Positions 9,647 through 18,761 of a stretch of DNA of 32,000 bases are shown here, one piece after another (position 1 is the first letter of the stretch; each line of letters begins with the position of its first letter). A program made the position numbers and the translations under genes. The notes under the pieces were generated by a model. The model was given only the letters and a program-made list of their open reading frames with translations. It was not told where the DNA came from and did no database searches. The DNA lies in contig DAOVER010000003.1 of the NCBI GenBank assembly GCA_030668875.1, forward strand, positions 78,673-110,672, given 5' to 3'. The stretch is from Candidatus Heimdallarchaeota archaeon. Lineage in GTDB: Archaea > Asgardarchaeota > Heimdallarchaeia > Heimdallarchaeales > Heimdallarchaeaceae.

Positions 9647-11620
9647 CTATTTCTTTAGATGTAGTTCTACATAACTTGTAATGAACTCAATTTCTTCAGT
9701 GTTACAACCATAGATTTGAAAGATTTTGCTATCTATCAGATCATCTATTTTCTGCCTATTTTCTTTATCTATAGAAGATAAAATCTCATTTACATGATCA
9801 CTAATTTGAATAATGTCTTCCAAAGATGGTACAAGAATAGGTAAATCATGAAGAAACATAGGTAGATAATGCAGATACCGTCCCATTATTTCTGTTCCTG
9901 CGTACATAGTAGCATAGAGAAAGCTGAATAATTTACTATTCAATGTAGCCAGAATTAACTCTAAATTTACATTCAGTTTTTCAGATTTTTCTTTAAGATG
10001 TCCCAATAGAAAAATGTCTTTGCTTACATAAGATTCTCTGTCTAGTGTGGCTCTAATCCTTAAGGAATGTTGACATAGGAAGATTTTTTCATCTGTAAAA
10101 AAATTAAGGTTTTGAAAATTGTTTAGCAATCCCTTAGCTTTTTCTCTGTCATAATCTATCCAATAACCTCTCCAATTTATTCCATATCTTTCAACTTCTC
10201 TATTTCCACCAAATTCTCTTCCGCCAATAAACTTCATTGGATATTTGCCTTGAGCTTCACGCGTTACAAACTTCTTTCGTAATCCTTTCCTATGAAATGA
10301 AACTGACCATCTAAATCTTATCAAATCGCTCATGTTGAAATTTGAAATATCGAACACTCTTTGAACAATTTGCAGAGATAGCCTCTCTAGAAAAAAAATA
10401 GTCTTGTTTAGTGTTCTTTCATAAGTATGTGATTCTACAGCAATTTTCTTATTATCTAAGTTTTCTAGAAGAAGTTCATCTATTGAAACATCTGAGACCA
10501 TACTTATTTGGTCTTTATGTCCCCGCTTATTATCAAGAATCAATATGATAGGATAAACTGCTGGTCTGAATACCTTTTGATGTGCAAGATCGACTATTTG
10601 ACTTATGATATTATTTTTTAAAAAGCTCTCCCTTAAGCTTTTACCATACCTAGAAATAAGAAATTTGTTAGGTATAATATAACCCAATTGTCCTTTCTTA
10701 TTGAGTAATTGTGAACCATAATCTATGAAACAATTGTACAAATCAAAACTGCCCAAAACAGCGTTAGGGAAATTTGTTCTGCAGATAAACTTTGTATTTG
10801 CATCCATCCTTTTTGATTCTATGTATGGTGGGTTACCTACAACATAATCAAATTTCGATGATTTTAAGTTCTTGACTACTTGTAAGTCACTCTTCGACTT
10901 CTTTTCAAGAGAATTTGTTTGGAAAATCTTTAAATCCAGAATATGATTTATTGGATATTTTTCTTGTAATTCAGATATGATTGTTCTTGCAATATTTACT
11001 TTGGTTAGGAATACCGCTATAGGATCTATATCGAAGCCATGTATTGTTTTTTCTATATAACTAATTATTTCCTGAGGTTTTAATTGAAGGTGTTTTGCTT
11101 GTCTTATTATTCTTTTAACAGCAGTTGTAAGAAAAAGTCCAGAACCACATGCTAAATCAATCATTTTCCCATAAGAAGTAAACTCATCGGAATTAGGGTA
11201 ATTCATTTGATTTAGAATATATTCAATGATCTCAACGGGTGTAAAAACAATTCCCTTTCTTTGCTTAATAGACTTTGTCAAAATGTCTTGATACAAGTTA
11301 CCTAAAGGATCATCTATCTCTTTTATTCCCTTTTTCAGTGGATAGTTGTCAATAACGCTATAGTGTTTAGAAATTTCCTTTTGACTACAGTTCTCAAAAC
11401 AGAAGGGAAAAAAACTATGAAGTAATGATAATTTACCTTCGAGTTGAAGATTATGAGACATCAGGTTAAATTCTCCCATTTCTTCCATTAATAATGCAAT
11501 AGAGAGAATTTGGAAATTCGTCATGTTAAAAAGTTGCTCCTTTGTTTTCAATTGCACACTTATTATTTCTATTTCATTAAGAAGTGTTTGAAAAATTGGC
11601 TCTTCTAACATTTTGATCAT
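9647..11620 (-). CDS. N6-adenine DNA methyltransferase, gamma class (M.TaqI/Eco57I-like) with C-terminal target-recognition region
   Basis: GIVFTP (motif X), IDLACGSGLFL (motif I), GFDID (motif II), VVGNPPY (motif IV), GYIIPNKFL, and a TaqI-C-like tail (LATLNSKLFSFLY). Confidence 0.9.
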   Translation of the reverse strand: MIKMLEEPIFQTLLNEIEIISVQLKTKEQLFNMTNFQILSIALLMEEMGEFNLMSHNLQLEGKLSLLHSFFPFCFENCSQKEISKHYSVIDNYPLKKGIKEIDDPLGNLYQDILTKSIKQRKGIVFTPVEIIEYILNQMNYPNSDEFTSYGKMIDLACGSGLFLTTAVKRIIRQAKHLQLKPQEIISYIEKTIHGFDIDPIAVFLTKVNIARTIISELQEKYPINHILDLKIFQTNSLEKKSKSDLQVVKNLKSSKFDYVVGNPPYIESKRMDANTKFICRTNFPNAVLGSFDLYNCFIDYGSQLLNKKGQLGYIIPNKFLISRYGKSLRESFLKNNIISQIVDLAHQKVFRPAVYPIILILDNKRGHKDQISMVSDVSIDELLLENLDNKKIAVESHTYERTLNKTIFFLERLSLQIVQRVFDISNFNMSDLIRFRWSVSFHRKGLRKKFVTREAQGKYPMKFIGGREFGGNREVERYGINWRGYWIDYDREKAKGLLNNFQNLNFFTDEKIFLCQHSLRIRATLDRESYVSKDIFLLGHLKEKSEKLNVNLELILATLNSKLFSFLYATMYAGTEIMGRYLHYLPMFLHDLPILVPSLEDIIQISDHVNEILSSIDKENRQKIDDLIDSKIFQIYGCNTEEIEFITSYVELHLKK

Positions 11621-11712
11621 CTACTACTTTATGTTGTTTCTTAAATCTAATCAGTAAAAAATCTTTAGTATTTTGGAGAAATTATTAGTCAACGTTTTGA
11701 AATATTATACTT

Positions 11713-12204
11713 TTACACGTAACGTATCTTAAGTCTCTGATATCTTATTTGGCATGTTTTACATAGTAACGATGGCTTGTGAATCAACATTTCGAAGTTC
11801 TCAGTCTCCCTCATTATGCAATTTTCAGAACATCTTTTCAATCCTAGTACCCTTCCCACATGAAAAGCAACTTCTTTAGCAATCAAAGTTTTAGTAGCTA
11901 GCTTTGATGTTGTGACAATTGAACCTTTCAGTGATTCTGCATAACCATAAACATTATTTTGATCTACTATCAGAGGTTTGTCAATCAACAAAGTAAAATA
12001 AGATAAATTATCTCTCCTCATATTACTCAGTAATACTTTTGCATCAAAGGAATGCTTTGAATCATTCCAACAATCTTGTCTAGGAATTCTTACACCCACG
12101 ATTCTAAATGACAGATCAAAAATGTCTTTTAAGAGTATTTCAACGTGATCTACAACGTCATCTGGGACATTTTCACTGTGATAAATTTTGAAATCTCTTA
12201 GCAA
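11713..12204 (-). CDS. Archaemetzincin homologue with degenerate zinc-binding motif (predicted pseudoprotease)
   Basis: NVYGYA...IVTTSKL, then KEVAFHVGRVLGLKRC-x3-CIM...K-x3-LCKTC, which aligns to the AmzA KEAxHExGHxxGLxHC-x4-CVM...FCxxC pattern. Confidence 0.7.
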   Translation of the reverse strand: MLRDFKIYHSENVPDDVVDHVEILLKDIFDLSFRIVGVRIPRQDCWNDSKHSFDAKVLLSNMRRDNLSYFTLLIDKPLIVDQNNVYGYAESLKGSIVTTSKLATKTLIAKEVAFHVGRVLGLKRCSENCIMRETENFEMLIHKPSLLCKTCQIRYQRLKIRYV

Positions 12205-12299
12205 TAGAATCTAATGCATAATTTCTCTTTATTACCAATAAACTTTATGATAATATCATCAGCAGTTATTCATTAGAAAAATCTCAAAATGGTAAAAAA

Positions 12300-12749
12300 C
12301 TAGTGCTTTTTACGATATTCCGCCTCACTAAAAATTTGCTGCCTTTCACCCATTTTGAGCAAGAAAGCTAAGCTGTTATCATCCTTACCTTGTGTTATTT
12401 CACGAACTATTTTCATGTTGGGAGGTAAATTGTAACCGTGTTCAAAAATAATGCTTATTTTCATTCTCGAACCTTCTTCTAGTAATTCAACATTGCTTGA
12501 TTCCACATAACCATCGGTATTGAATATTATACACTTGATTTGTTCTTGTGTTTTGTCAAAGAACAAGTATAAACTTTCTAGAAGTTTTTCTTTTTTTTCA
12601 AGAATTTTTGTTATTTCTAGAACATGTATATCAAAACCATAACTTCTCCATTTTATACTCGATTCATATTCTATCTCATTTTCAGTTATTGTTCCTTGCC
12701 AAGTACCAAGGAACCATTTGAGTAATGTGATCGGATTATCAAAGTCCAT
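12300..12749 (-). CDS. Lipocalin/nitrobindin-like beta-barrel protein
   Basis: N-terminal LKWFLGTWQG motif followed by alternating beta-strand patterns. Confidence 0.5.
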   Translation of the reverse strand: MDFDNPITLLKWFLGTWQGTITENEIEYESSIKWRSYGFDIHVLEITKILEKKEKLLESLYLFFDKTQEQIKCIIFNTDGYVESSNVELLEEGSRMKISIIFEHGYNLPPNMKIVREITQGKDDNSLAFLLKMGERQQIFSEAEYRKKH

Positions 12750-12822
12750 CTTAAGAATCTACAGACAAATGTATTTAAAAACCCTACTTTGAATTAATTT
12801 TCAAGCTGTGTGTGATATTTGT

Positions 12823-13536
12823 ATGTCAAGCTTTGAAAAATCACTTTTAGAAGATTGGAAAGTTGAGAAAGAATTACTAGATGTAGCTTTTACTCACCCC
12901 AATCAAACTAATGAACATTCCGAGAATGAAAATTTTGAACGTCTAGAATATCTGGGAGATGCAGTTTTAAGTCTTTTAACTGCTGAATGGTTGTATGAAA
13001 ATATCGATGAAGATGTAGGTATTCTCTCTATGTTAAGATCACTGCTTGTACAAACAAACACTCTAGCTGATATCGGAAATGACCTTGGATTAAAGAAACA
13101 CCTTATTACAACTCCCAAATACAAAATAACAAAAACTGACATTGAAGACTGCTTAGAAGCCATCTTTGGAGCTGTTTATCAATCAACTAATATTGAAAAA
13201 ACAAAGGAATTTTATTATTTCTTGTTTAAACAACGACTAGAACATTTCAAAAAAGAAATATCTACTGAAAAAGGTAAAAAGAAGATTCTAAAACAAACAG
13301 TGTGTGAGCATAACCCAATTAATCAACTGCAAGAGTATTTCCAAAAAAAAGGTTTAGATTTACCTGTGTATTCACTTGAAAAGAAGAAAGGAAAAGAACA
13401 TGATCCTATCTATTTTATTCTCTGCAAAGTAGTAATTGATGGAACTGAAATTTCTACAATTGGTAAAGGAAGAAACCGTAAAAGCGCTAGAAAAAATGCT
13501 GCAGAAAAAATCTTGAAAAAAATAGGAAAGATATGA
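12823..13536 (+). CDS. rnc: Ribonuclease III (RNase III domain + dsRBD)
   Basis: AFTHP, signature ERLEYLGDAVL, EDCLEAIFGAVY and a dsRBD (NPINQLQEY...HDP...GKGRNRKSARKNAA). The ATG at 12823 is preferred (GTGA upstream); GTG 12808 is possible. Confidence 0.93.
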   Translation: MSSFEKSLLEDWKVEKELLDVAFTHPNQTNEHSENENFERLEYLGDAVLSLLTAEWLYENIDEDVGILSMLRSLLVQTNTLADIGNDLGLKKHLITTPKYKITKTDIEDCLEAIFGAVYQSTNIEKTKEFYYFLFKQRLEHFKKEISTEKGKKKILKQTVCEHNPINQLQEYFQKKGLDLPVYSLEKKKGKEHDPIYFILCKVVIDGTEISTIGKGRNRKSARKNAAEKILKKIGKI

Positions 13537-13554
13537 AATAGAATAACTATATCT

Positions 13555-14418
13555 TTAATCTATGTGAGGTAAAACCGTTATTTGAATGCTGTTTGTACCT
13601 AATGAGTGAATTACAACTGGTGCAGTTCCCCAATGTAAAACATCCTTAACTTTCACTAAACTTTTCACTTTATTTTCAGAATAATTAAAGAATTTAGTAC
13701 TACCAGCTTCACATAAAATCAAATCATATTCGATATCCTTGGGCATATTTTCGTCTATTTTAGCAATAGCTTTGTTTAAAGCACCTTTGAAACCCGAACT
13801 AGCACCTATGCCTCTAGCTCCTTCATGCAGAACTATCTCAAACATTGGTTTGAGATGTAATACTTTGGACATTATATTCAAGCCTATCTTTTTCTGAATT
13901 TTACCAGTTTTGAACAACTGATCAAAAGAAGCTGAAGCTCCCACTGTATAGACTTGCTGTCTATATTTATCCATCTGTTTGATGATATTTGAAACAGATT
14001 CACCTTTCTTACTAAGCTTCCAAGCTAAATAAATCAAAGCCCCCTGGCTTGTAGTAGATAAGCCTGATTCATAAAGTGTAATTTTAGCTTTATTCTTCAA
14101 TTTCTTAGCTGCGATTTTTGCTGAGTTGATTTGACTTGAAAGTTTTGGAGAAACACCAATGTATAGAATCTCTTTATGGCCTTCTTCTATTGCTTTCTCA
14201 AATACTTCCATTGCTTCAGCAGGACTTCCATAAGCAGTTTTCGGGTAAGGATTGAATTTGCTTAATTCTTTTATGAAGTCTTCTCGATTTATATCAGTAA
14301 GTTCTTTATAATCCTTACCATCAATAATCATTTTTTGTTGCAAATACCCAATCCCCTCTTTATCCATGAATTCTTTCGGTATATTGGCTGAGGAATCGCC
14401 AACTAATTTGAGTGTCAT
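13555..14418 (-). CDS. DegV-family (FakB-like) fatty-acid-binding protein
   Basis: VGDSSANIP, PKTAYGSP, IGVSPKLSS, ESGLST and LFKTGKI; length is typical of DegV. Confidence 0.88.
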   Translation of the reverse strand: MTLKLVGDSSANIPKEFMDKEGIGYLQQKMIIDGKDYKELTDINREDFIKELSKFNPYPKTAYGSPAEAMEVFEKAIEEGHKEILYIGVSPKLSSQINSAKIAAKKLKNKAKITLYESGLSTTSQGALIYLAWKLSKKGESVSNIIKQMDKYRQQVYTVGASASFDQLFKTGKIQKKIGLNIMSKVLHLKPMFEIVLHEGARGIGASSGFKGALNKAIAKIDENMPKDIEYDLILCEAGSTKFFNYSENKVKSLVKVKDVLHWGTAPVVIHSLGTNSIQITVLPHID

Positions 14419-14612
14419 GAAGTAAATTTAATAGACTTCTTTATAAGTTTTAACAAACTTTTTGTTTAGCTATAATTACAATTTCATATAATTAGAATTA
14501 GACACTGTTGAATATGCAGGTTTAGAAAACATGTGTGTGTTTCGAAAGTTTTGAATGTTTTACTAGCTTGTATTTTTAGAGTAATACTTAAAACAATCTT
14601 TTCTATTTTCCA

Positions 14613-15542
14613 GTGATGATAATCGACGGGCACACTGATGTATTATATGCTCTTTTTAGACAACAGAGAGAATTTCATATTGAGTCTCCTCATGGTCATG
14701 TGGACCTTCCCAGACTTAGGAAAGGAGGAGTTATAGCAGCTTTTTTTGCAATATTTCCTGCATGGAGTGATTATGATATTGCAAGAGGTGTAGATGCATG
14801 GTTCAATTTAGTAGAAAACCCAATAAATTCTCTTGTGCACATAAAGAAAGTTGAAGACATAGCAAAATGTAAAAGTGAAGAAAAAATAGGTGCAATTCTA
14901 CATTTTGAAGGATCTGGGGGTGTTGATGAAGACTTCTATAAATTAAGATCATATCATCGATTAGGGTTAAGAAGTATGGGGTTAAGCTGGTCTAACCTAA
15001 ACAAATTTGCTACAGGAGTTGGTACAGGGGATAAAGAACGGGGTCTAACTTATTTGGGCAAAGAATTGGTTGCAGAAATGGAAAAACTTGGTATTATAGT
15101 TGATGTAAGTCATCTAAATGAGAAATCTTTTTGGGATGTTGTTGATGTCACTAAAAAACCTTTCATTGCTTCTCATAGTAATTCATTTTCAATAAGTGAT
15201 CATGAACGTAACTTAAAAGATGACCAAATTTTAGCAATTGGAGAGGCAAATGGGACAATAGGGATCAATTTTTGCGACCTATTCCTATCAACTAAACTCA
15301 AAAATGAAGAAATTGGTTTTGATACAATAAAGAATCACATCGACAAAATAGTTGAACTCGCAGGTATCGACAATGTAAGTTTAGGTTCTGATTATGATGG
15401 TGCTACAGTACCAAAAGTTGTGAAGGATGTAAGTTACTTTCCAGAACTTATAATATATCTAGAAGAGAATGGTTACAACAAGCAAGATTTGGTAAAAATA
15501 ACTCATAGCAATTTCCTTAGAATTATGAAAGAATGTTGGTAA
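14613..15542 (+). CDS. Membrane/renal dipeptidase family M19 (amidohydrolase fold)
   Basis: IIDGHTD, HVDLPRLRKGG, ILHFEG, IVDVSHL, ASHSN, RNLKDDQI and LGSDYDG. Confidence 0.92.
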   Translation: MMIIDGHTDVLYALFRQQREFHIESPHGHVDLPRLRKGGVIAAFFAIFPAWSDYDIARGVDAWFNLVENPINSLVHIKKVEDIAKCKSEEKIGAILHFEGSGGVDEDFYKLRSYHRLGLRSMGLSWSNLNKFATGVGTGDKERGLTYLGKELVAEMEKLGIIVDVSHLNEKSFWDVVDVTKKPFIASHSNSFSISDHERNLKDDQILAIGEANGTIGINFCDLFLSTKLKNEEIGFDTIKNHIDKIVELAGIDNVSLGSDYDGATVPKVVKDVSYFPELIIYLEENGYNKQDLVKITHSNFLRIMKECW

Positions 15543-15548
15543 ACTATT

Positions 15549-16229
15549 CTATTGGACTGGAATAGAGAAATCAAGGTACCCAAACAAATGTGGAAACATT
15601 ATCTGTTGTTGCCATCTAATTTGCATTTGTAGAGTCAGAAGAAGTTCCGTTTCTTCATTTTTGTTTATCTGAAGATCTGCAGGGGTGTTGTTATTAGTAC
15701 TAGTGAAGAAAGGTATTTGGAAGAAATCGCTGCCTTGAGCATTAAAAGTTTTGTTTCCGATATCTGTATCTGCGATTATTTCTCTTTCATAATAAAAATG
15801 CAAGGCGGAGTATTGACCCTCAGGTAGAGCAAAGGCACCGAATAAATCAATAGTGTTGTTTATTGATTTCAAATCAATTATTATTGGATTCTCTACTAGT
15901 TCAATTAGAGTTTCAGTTCCTTGTTGCTTAATCAGTATTTTATTAATTATCAAGTATATGTGATAGATATCATATGCAGGAGGAACAAGTTTTATTCCAT
16001 CTAAAGGAATAGTAGCTGTTTCGTTTTCATACATATCGCTTGTAATATAAAGATGAAGATTCCCTTGATCTTCGTTAATTGGAGGTTCCCAAGTAAATGG
16101 ATCATCTATGAAATTCTGAAAATCTGTTACAATAGTGCTTGAATCTTTAACTGTGATTAAACCAGCTATTATTGCACTAGATATAATAATTGTTGAAAGA
16201 ATTAGTGTGATTTGATTCCTTTTGTGCAT
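15549..16229 (-). CDS. DUF4382-like membrane-anchored extracellular beta protein
   Basis: N-terminal TM helix; LHLYITSD, IYHIYLII, IIDLKSI and LPEGQYSALHFY resemble DUF4382. Confidence 0.6.
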   Translation of the reverse strand: MHKRNQITLILSTIIISSAIIAGLITVKDSSTIVTDFQNFIDDPFTWEPPINEDQGNLHLYITSDMYENETATIPLDGIKLVPPAYDIYHIYLIINKILIKQQGTETLIELVENPIIIDLKSINNTIDLFGAFALPEGQYSALHFYYEREIIADTDIGNKTFNAQGSDFFQIPFFTSTNNNTPADLQINKNEETELLLTLQMQIRWQQQIMFPHLFGYLDFSIPVQ

Positions 16230-16317
16230 TTCACTTATGACCTCTTATGATTTATGTTCTTCTTGGGTTATTTTTATTCTTCTTATTTAAATTTTTAAAG
16301 TTCATTCTGAAGTTCTA

Positions 16318-17157
16318 TTAAGTTATCATTAGATAGATATAATCAATCATTATTAGAATTAAAGCTAATATCACAGATTGATAGTTTTTACTCTTTGTTG
16401 ACATATTGATTCCTTGGATTACAAACAATGTCGAATAGATCTTGCATATGATAAATACTATATTTAAAATTACACCCACCCAATTATCAATCACAGCTTC
16501 TGTATAATGTAAAATGCCCACTGGTATTAAATATACGAAATATGGGATTATTCCAACGAACACGCCTATCCAGAGTTCTTTGAACTTATACTCTATTTTC
16601 ACTATTTTGAGTGACATGAAGATGATGAATAGGTAGAGATACCAATGAGCGAACGAGATAATCCCGTTTACTATTGCTCCACCTGAAAGGATAGATTCTA
16701 CTGAGCTGAAATAGCTGTTTGACACACCGAACAACCATGCTGTTATAAGAAGAAGAACATTCAATTCTATCAAACTTCTTGATGGATCGCCAAAGAAGAA
16801 ATAGAATAAATCTGGAAAAGTAATCTTATCGATGAACCATTCCTTCTTCTCTTCAACAGCTTCTGGAACTGAAACTTTGTGAATTAATGTGTCTATAACT
16901 ATTTTACCTTGTTCACTCAATTTATAGAAATTTTGACTATCTTTTTCTAGTAGTTCTGAGAGGCTTTTTAGATGATAAAACAAACTACCATCAGTTAAAC
17001 TTAGTTCTTCTTTTATATTTGTAAACGAGATAGAACCTTGTTCTGATACTAAATTCAATATACCTTGCCTGATAGGATTTGAAAGAACTTTCAAATATTT
17101 ATTACTTCCATTATCCATATCAGTCAAACTCATTAGAGATATACTTACGACCTCCAA
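16318..17157 (-). CDS. Winged-HTH (ArsR-like) domain fused to a C-terminal multi-TM domain
   Basis: LKVLSNPIRQGIL...ISFTNIKEEL...GSLFYHLKSL...YKLSEQG, followed by about 5 hydrophobic helices. The start is uncertain (TTG 17157 or a downstream ATG). Confidence 0.8.
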   Translation of the reverse strand: MEVVSISLMSLTDMDNGSNKYLKVLSNPIRQGILNLVSEQGSISFTNIKEELSLTDGSLFYHLKSLSELLEKDSQNFYKLSEQGKIVIDTLIHKVSVPEAVEEKKEWFIDKITFPDLFYFFFGDPSRSLIELNVLLLITAWLFGVSNSYFSSVESILSGGAIVNGIISFAHWYLYLFIIFMSLKIVKIEYKFKELWIGVFVGIIPYFVYLIPVGILHYTEAVIDNWVGVILNIVFIICKIYSTLFVIQGINMSTKSKNYQSVILALILIMIDYIYLMIT

Positions 17158-17169
17158 TATATAATTTTA

Positions 17170-17201
17170 ACTTTAGAACAATACTTTAGAAAATTAAAGT
17201 A
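17170..17201. promoter_or_regulatory. Palindrome TACTTTA-n6-TAAAGTA (17182-17201) plus an extra ACTTTAGAA half-site (17170-17178)
   Basis: Read directly from the sequence. It lies in the 111-bp divergent gap between the wHTH-TM gene and the surface-protein gene. Confidence 0.45.
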
Positions 17202-17268
17202 AACAATTCATAGAAGTAAATAAACAGCTATTAAAAATCAGATTGCGATGGTATGCCGGTGAAAAATT

Positions 17269-18258
17269 TTGAATAGAAAAACCACAATTATCGGATTAAG
17301 TATGATAACTCTTATGCTAATTAGTATGAGTGTTAACGCAGCTCCAGACATTGGTATTGAGTATGAGTATACAAATGGAATAGCGACAATCACAACTGCA
17401 AACATAACTGTAAGTGTGAATGCACCTGGAAATGTTCCAACACTACATTTCAAAACAGAATCAGGTTTGGAATATAATGTCATGTTTAAACAGCTTCTAG
17501 AATACGAAGATTTGAATGAAGATGGTGCATTTCAATACAACGAAACAATCGAAGGATTTCCTATGGTATCATTGACTAGCCTCCAATGGTTGTTCAGTGG
17601 TTTCGTAACTGACGAAGTTGATGGAGAAATCCAAGCGATACACTTTAACTTCACTTCAGATGAAATTGTAGGGATGATCAGCCCTGATTTGGAAGTAAAC
17701 ATTGCTATGCATCTGTATCTTGAGGATCAAATTATTGATGGATATGAACTTCTTGGTGGAGCAGAATTTAAGTTTGACTTATTCATTAGTGGTTGGGACT
17801 GGGCTAATAATGATACACTTTTAGCTCTAAGATTTGATATAACACCTGGTGAAGGTTATGAAATCAAAAACCAAAATAATCAAACAGTAGATACTACGAT
17901 AAATACAACCAATGAAGAAGAAAAAGTTACTCCATTAGCGGATCTAATAAAGCAAAGATTTAGTATAGAAAATGATGAGAATGGAGCTTTCTTTGGGTAT
18001 GCAAACCAATCTAAAATAATGAAAGAAGAGCAACTTAGCTATGGTTCCGTTAATGCATCTGTATCTACTACAGGTGATGGTTCCATGCAACTATTCCTAA
18101 GTTTTGAACAGTTTGATGAATTGCATTATGATCCTTCCTTAGGAACAGACGATTCTAGTGATTCAGATTCAGTTCCTATATCTTGGGTAACCTTCATTAC
18201 TTTACCATTAGTTGCAGCTGTAGCTTTGTTGATATCAAAACAATCTAAAAAGAAATAA
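17269..18258 (+). CDS. Secreted/surface protein with signal peptide and C-terminal membrane anchor
   Basis: Signal peptide ending SVNA; acidic, beta-rich body with several N-x-S/T sequons; Asp/Ser linker, VPISW, TM helix and KQSKKK. GGTGA at 17258-17262 precedes the TTG. Confidence 0.8.
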   Translation: MNRKTTIIGLSMITLMLISMSVNAAPDIGIEYEYTNGIATITTANITVSVNAPGNVPTLHFKTESGLEYNVMFKQLLEYEDLNEDGAFQYNETIEGFPMVSLTSLQWLFSGFVTDEVDGEIQAIHFNFTSDEIVGMISPDLEVNIAMHLYLEDQIIDGYELLGGAEFKFDLFISGWDWANNDTLLALRFDITPGEGYEIKNQNNQTVDTTINTTNEEEKVTPLADLIKQRFSIENDENGAFFGYANQSKIMKEEQLSYGSVNASVSTTGDGSMQLFLSFEQFDELHYDPSLGTDDSSDSDSVPISWVTFITLPLVAAVALLISKQSKKK

Positions 18259-18280
18259 TTATTTCTTCTTTTTTTTTCTT
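18259..18280 (+). terminator. Oligo-T tract, archaeal-type intrinsic terminator candidate
   Basis: TTATTTCTTCTTTTTTTTTCTT immediately follows the stop codon, between convergent genes. Confidence 0.45.
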
Positions 18281-18283
18281 GAA

Positions 18284-18751
18284 TTATTCTTCATCTTTTT
18301 CTAATGGAATAATTTCTATCTGTCTCCCAAAACCAAAGTCAATCTCTTGTAGTATTCCCTCTTTCATCATCTTATCAACTCTTTCTCTTACAATTCTTCT
18401 AGACGCTGTTCCTCTCTCTTTACGAACTTGTTCTGTTAATTGAGAGATATTCAATCTTTCTTTTCGTTCTAATGCAGCTAAGATGGACTTTGATATATCG
18501 TCGTGTTTCAAGAGTGGAAATCTTTCCACTAATCTATCTTTTAAGCTCAATGCCTGCGATAGTATGGCAAAAGGAGCTTTAGTGACTTGTAAAGACGTTG
18601 TGAGGATTTGTAGAAGACTCATCATTTGTTTAAGTTCAGGATTACTATCTGAAACTTTATGCTGAAGATTATTAATCTGTAGAATAACATAGTTAATTTT
18701 TTCCTCTAACTCTGTCATTCTATTTTCTAATATCTTATCTTCATTCGACAA
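18284..18751 (-). CDS. Coiled-coil + winged-HTH transcription regulator
   Basis: N-terminal heptad helix, then LNISQLTEQVRKERGTASRRIVRERVDKMMKEGIL and a wing. The AGGTGA RBS overlaps the upstream stop codon. Confidence 0.75.
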   Translation of the reverse strand: MSNEDKILENRMTELEEKINYVILQINNLQHKVSDSNPELKQMMSLLQILTTSLQVTKAPFAILSQALSLKDRLVERFPLLKHDDISKSILAALERKERLNISQLTEQVRKERGTASRRIVRERVDKMMKEGILQEIDFGFGRQIEIIPLEKDEE

Positions 18752-18761
18752 ATTGATTCAC

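Noticed and set aside
9647-11620. Type IIG fused restriction-modification enzyme or BREX/DISARM methyltransferase
   Set aside because: There is no room or motif for an N-terminal nuclease, and no brx, drm or helicase genes are nearby.
12808-12822. N-terminal CxxC (MCDIC) on RNase III
   Set aside because: It depends on a GTG start; the ATG at 12823 has an RBS-like GTGA upstream and gives a normal N-terminus.
14452-14466. AACAAA-CTT-TTTGTT inverted repeat between degV and the dipeptidase gene
   Set aside because: Short, low-complexity and expected by chance at this AT content.
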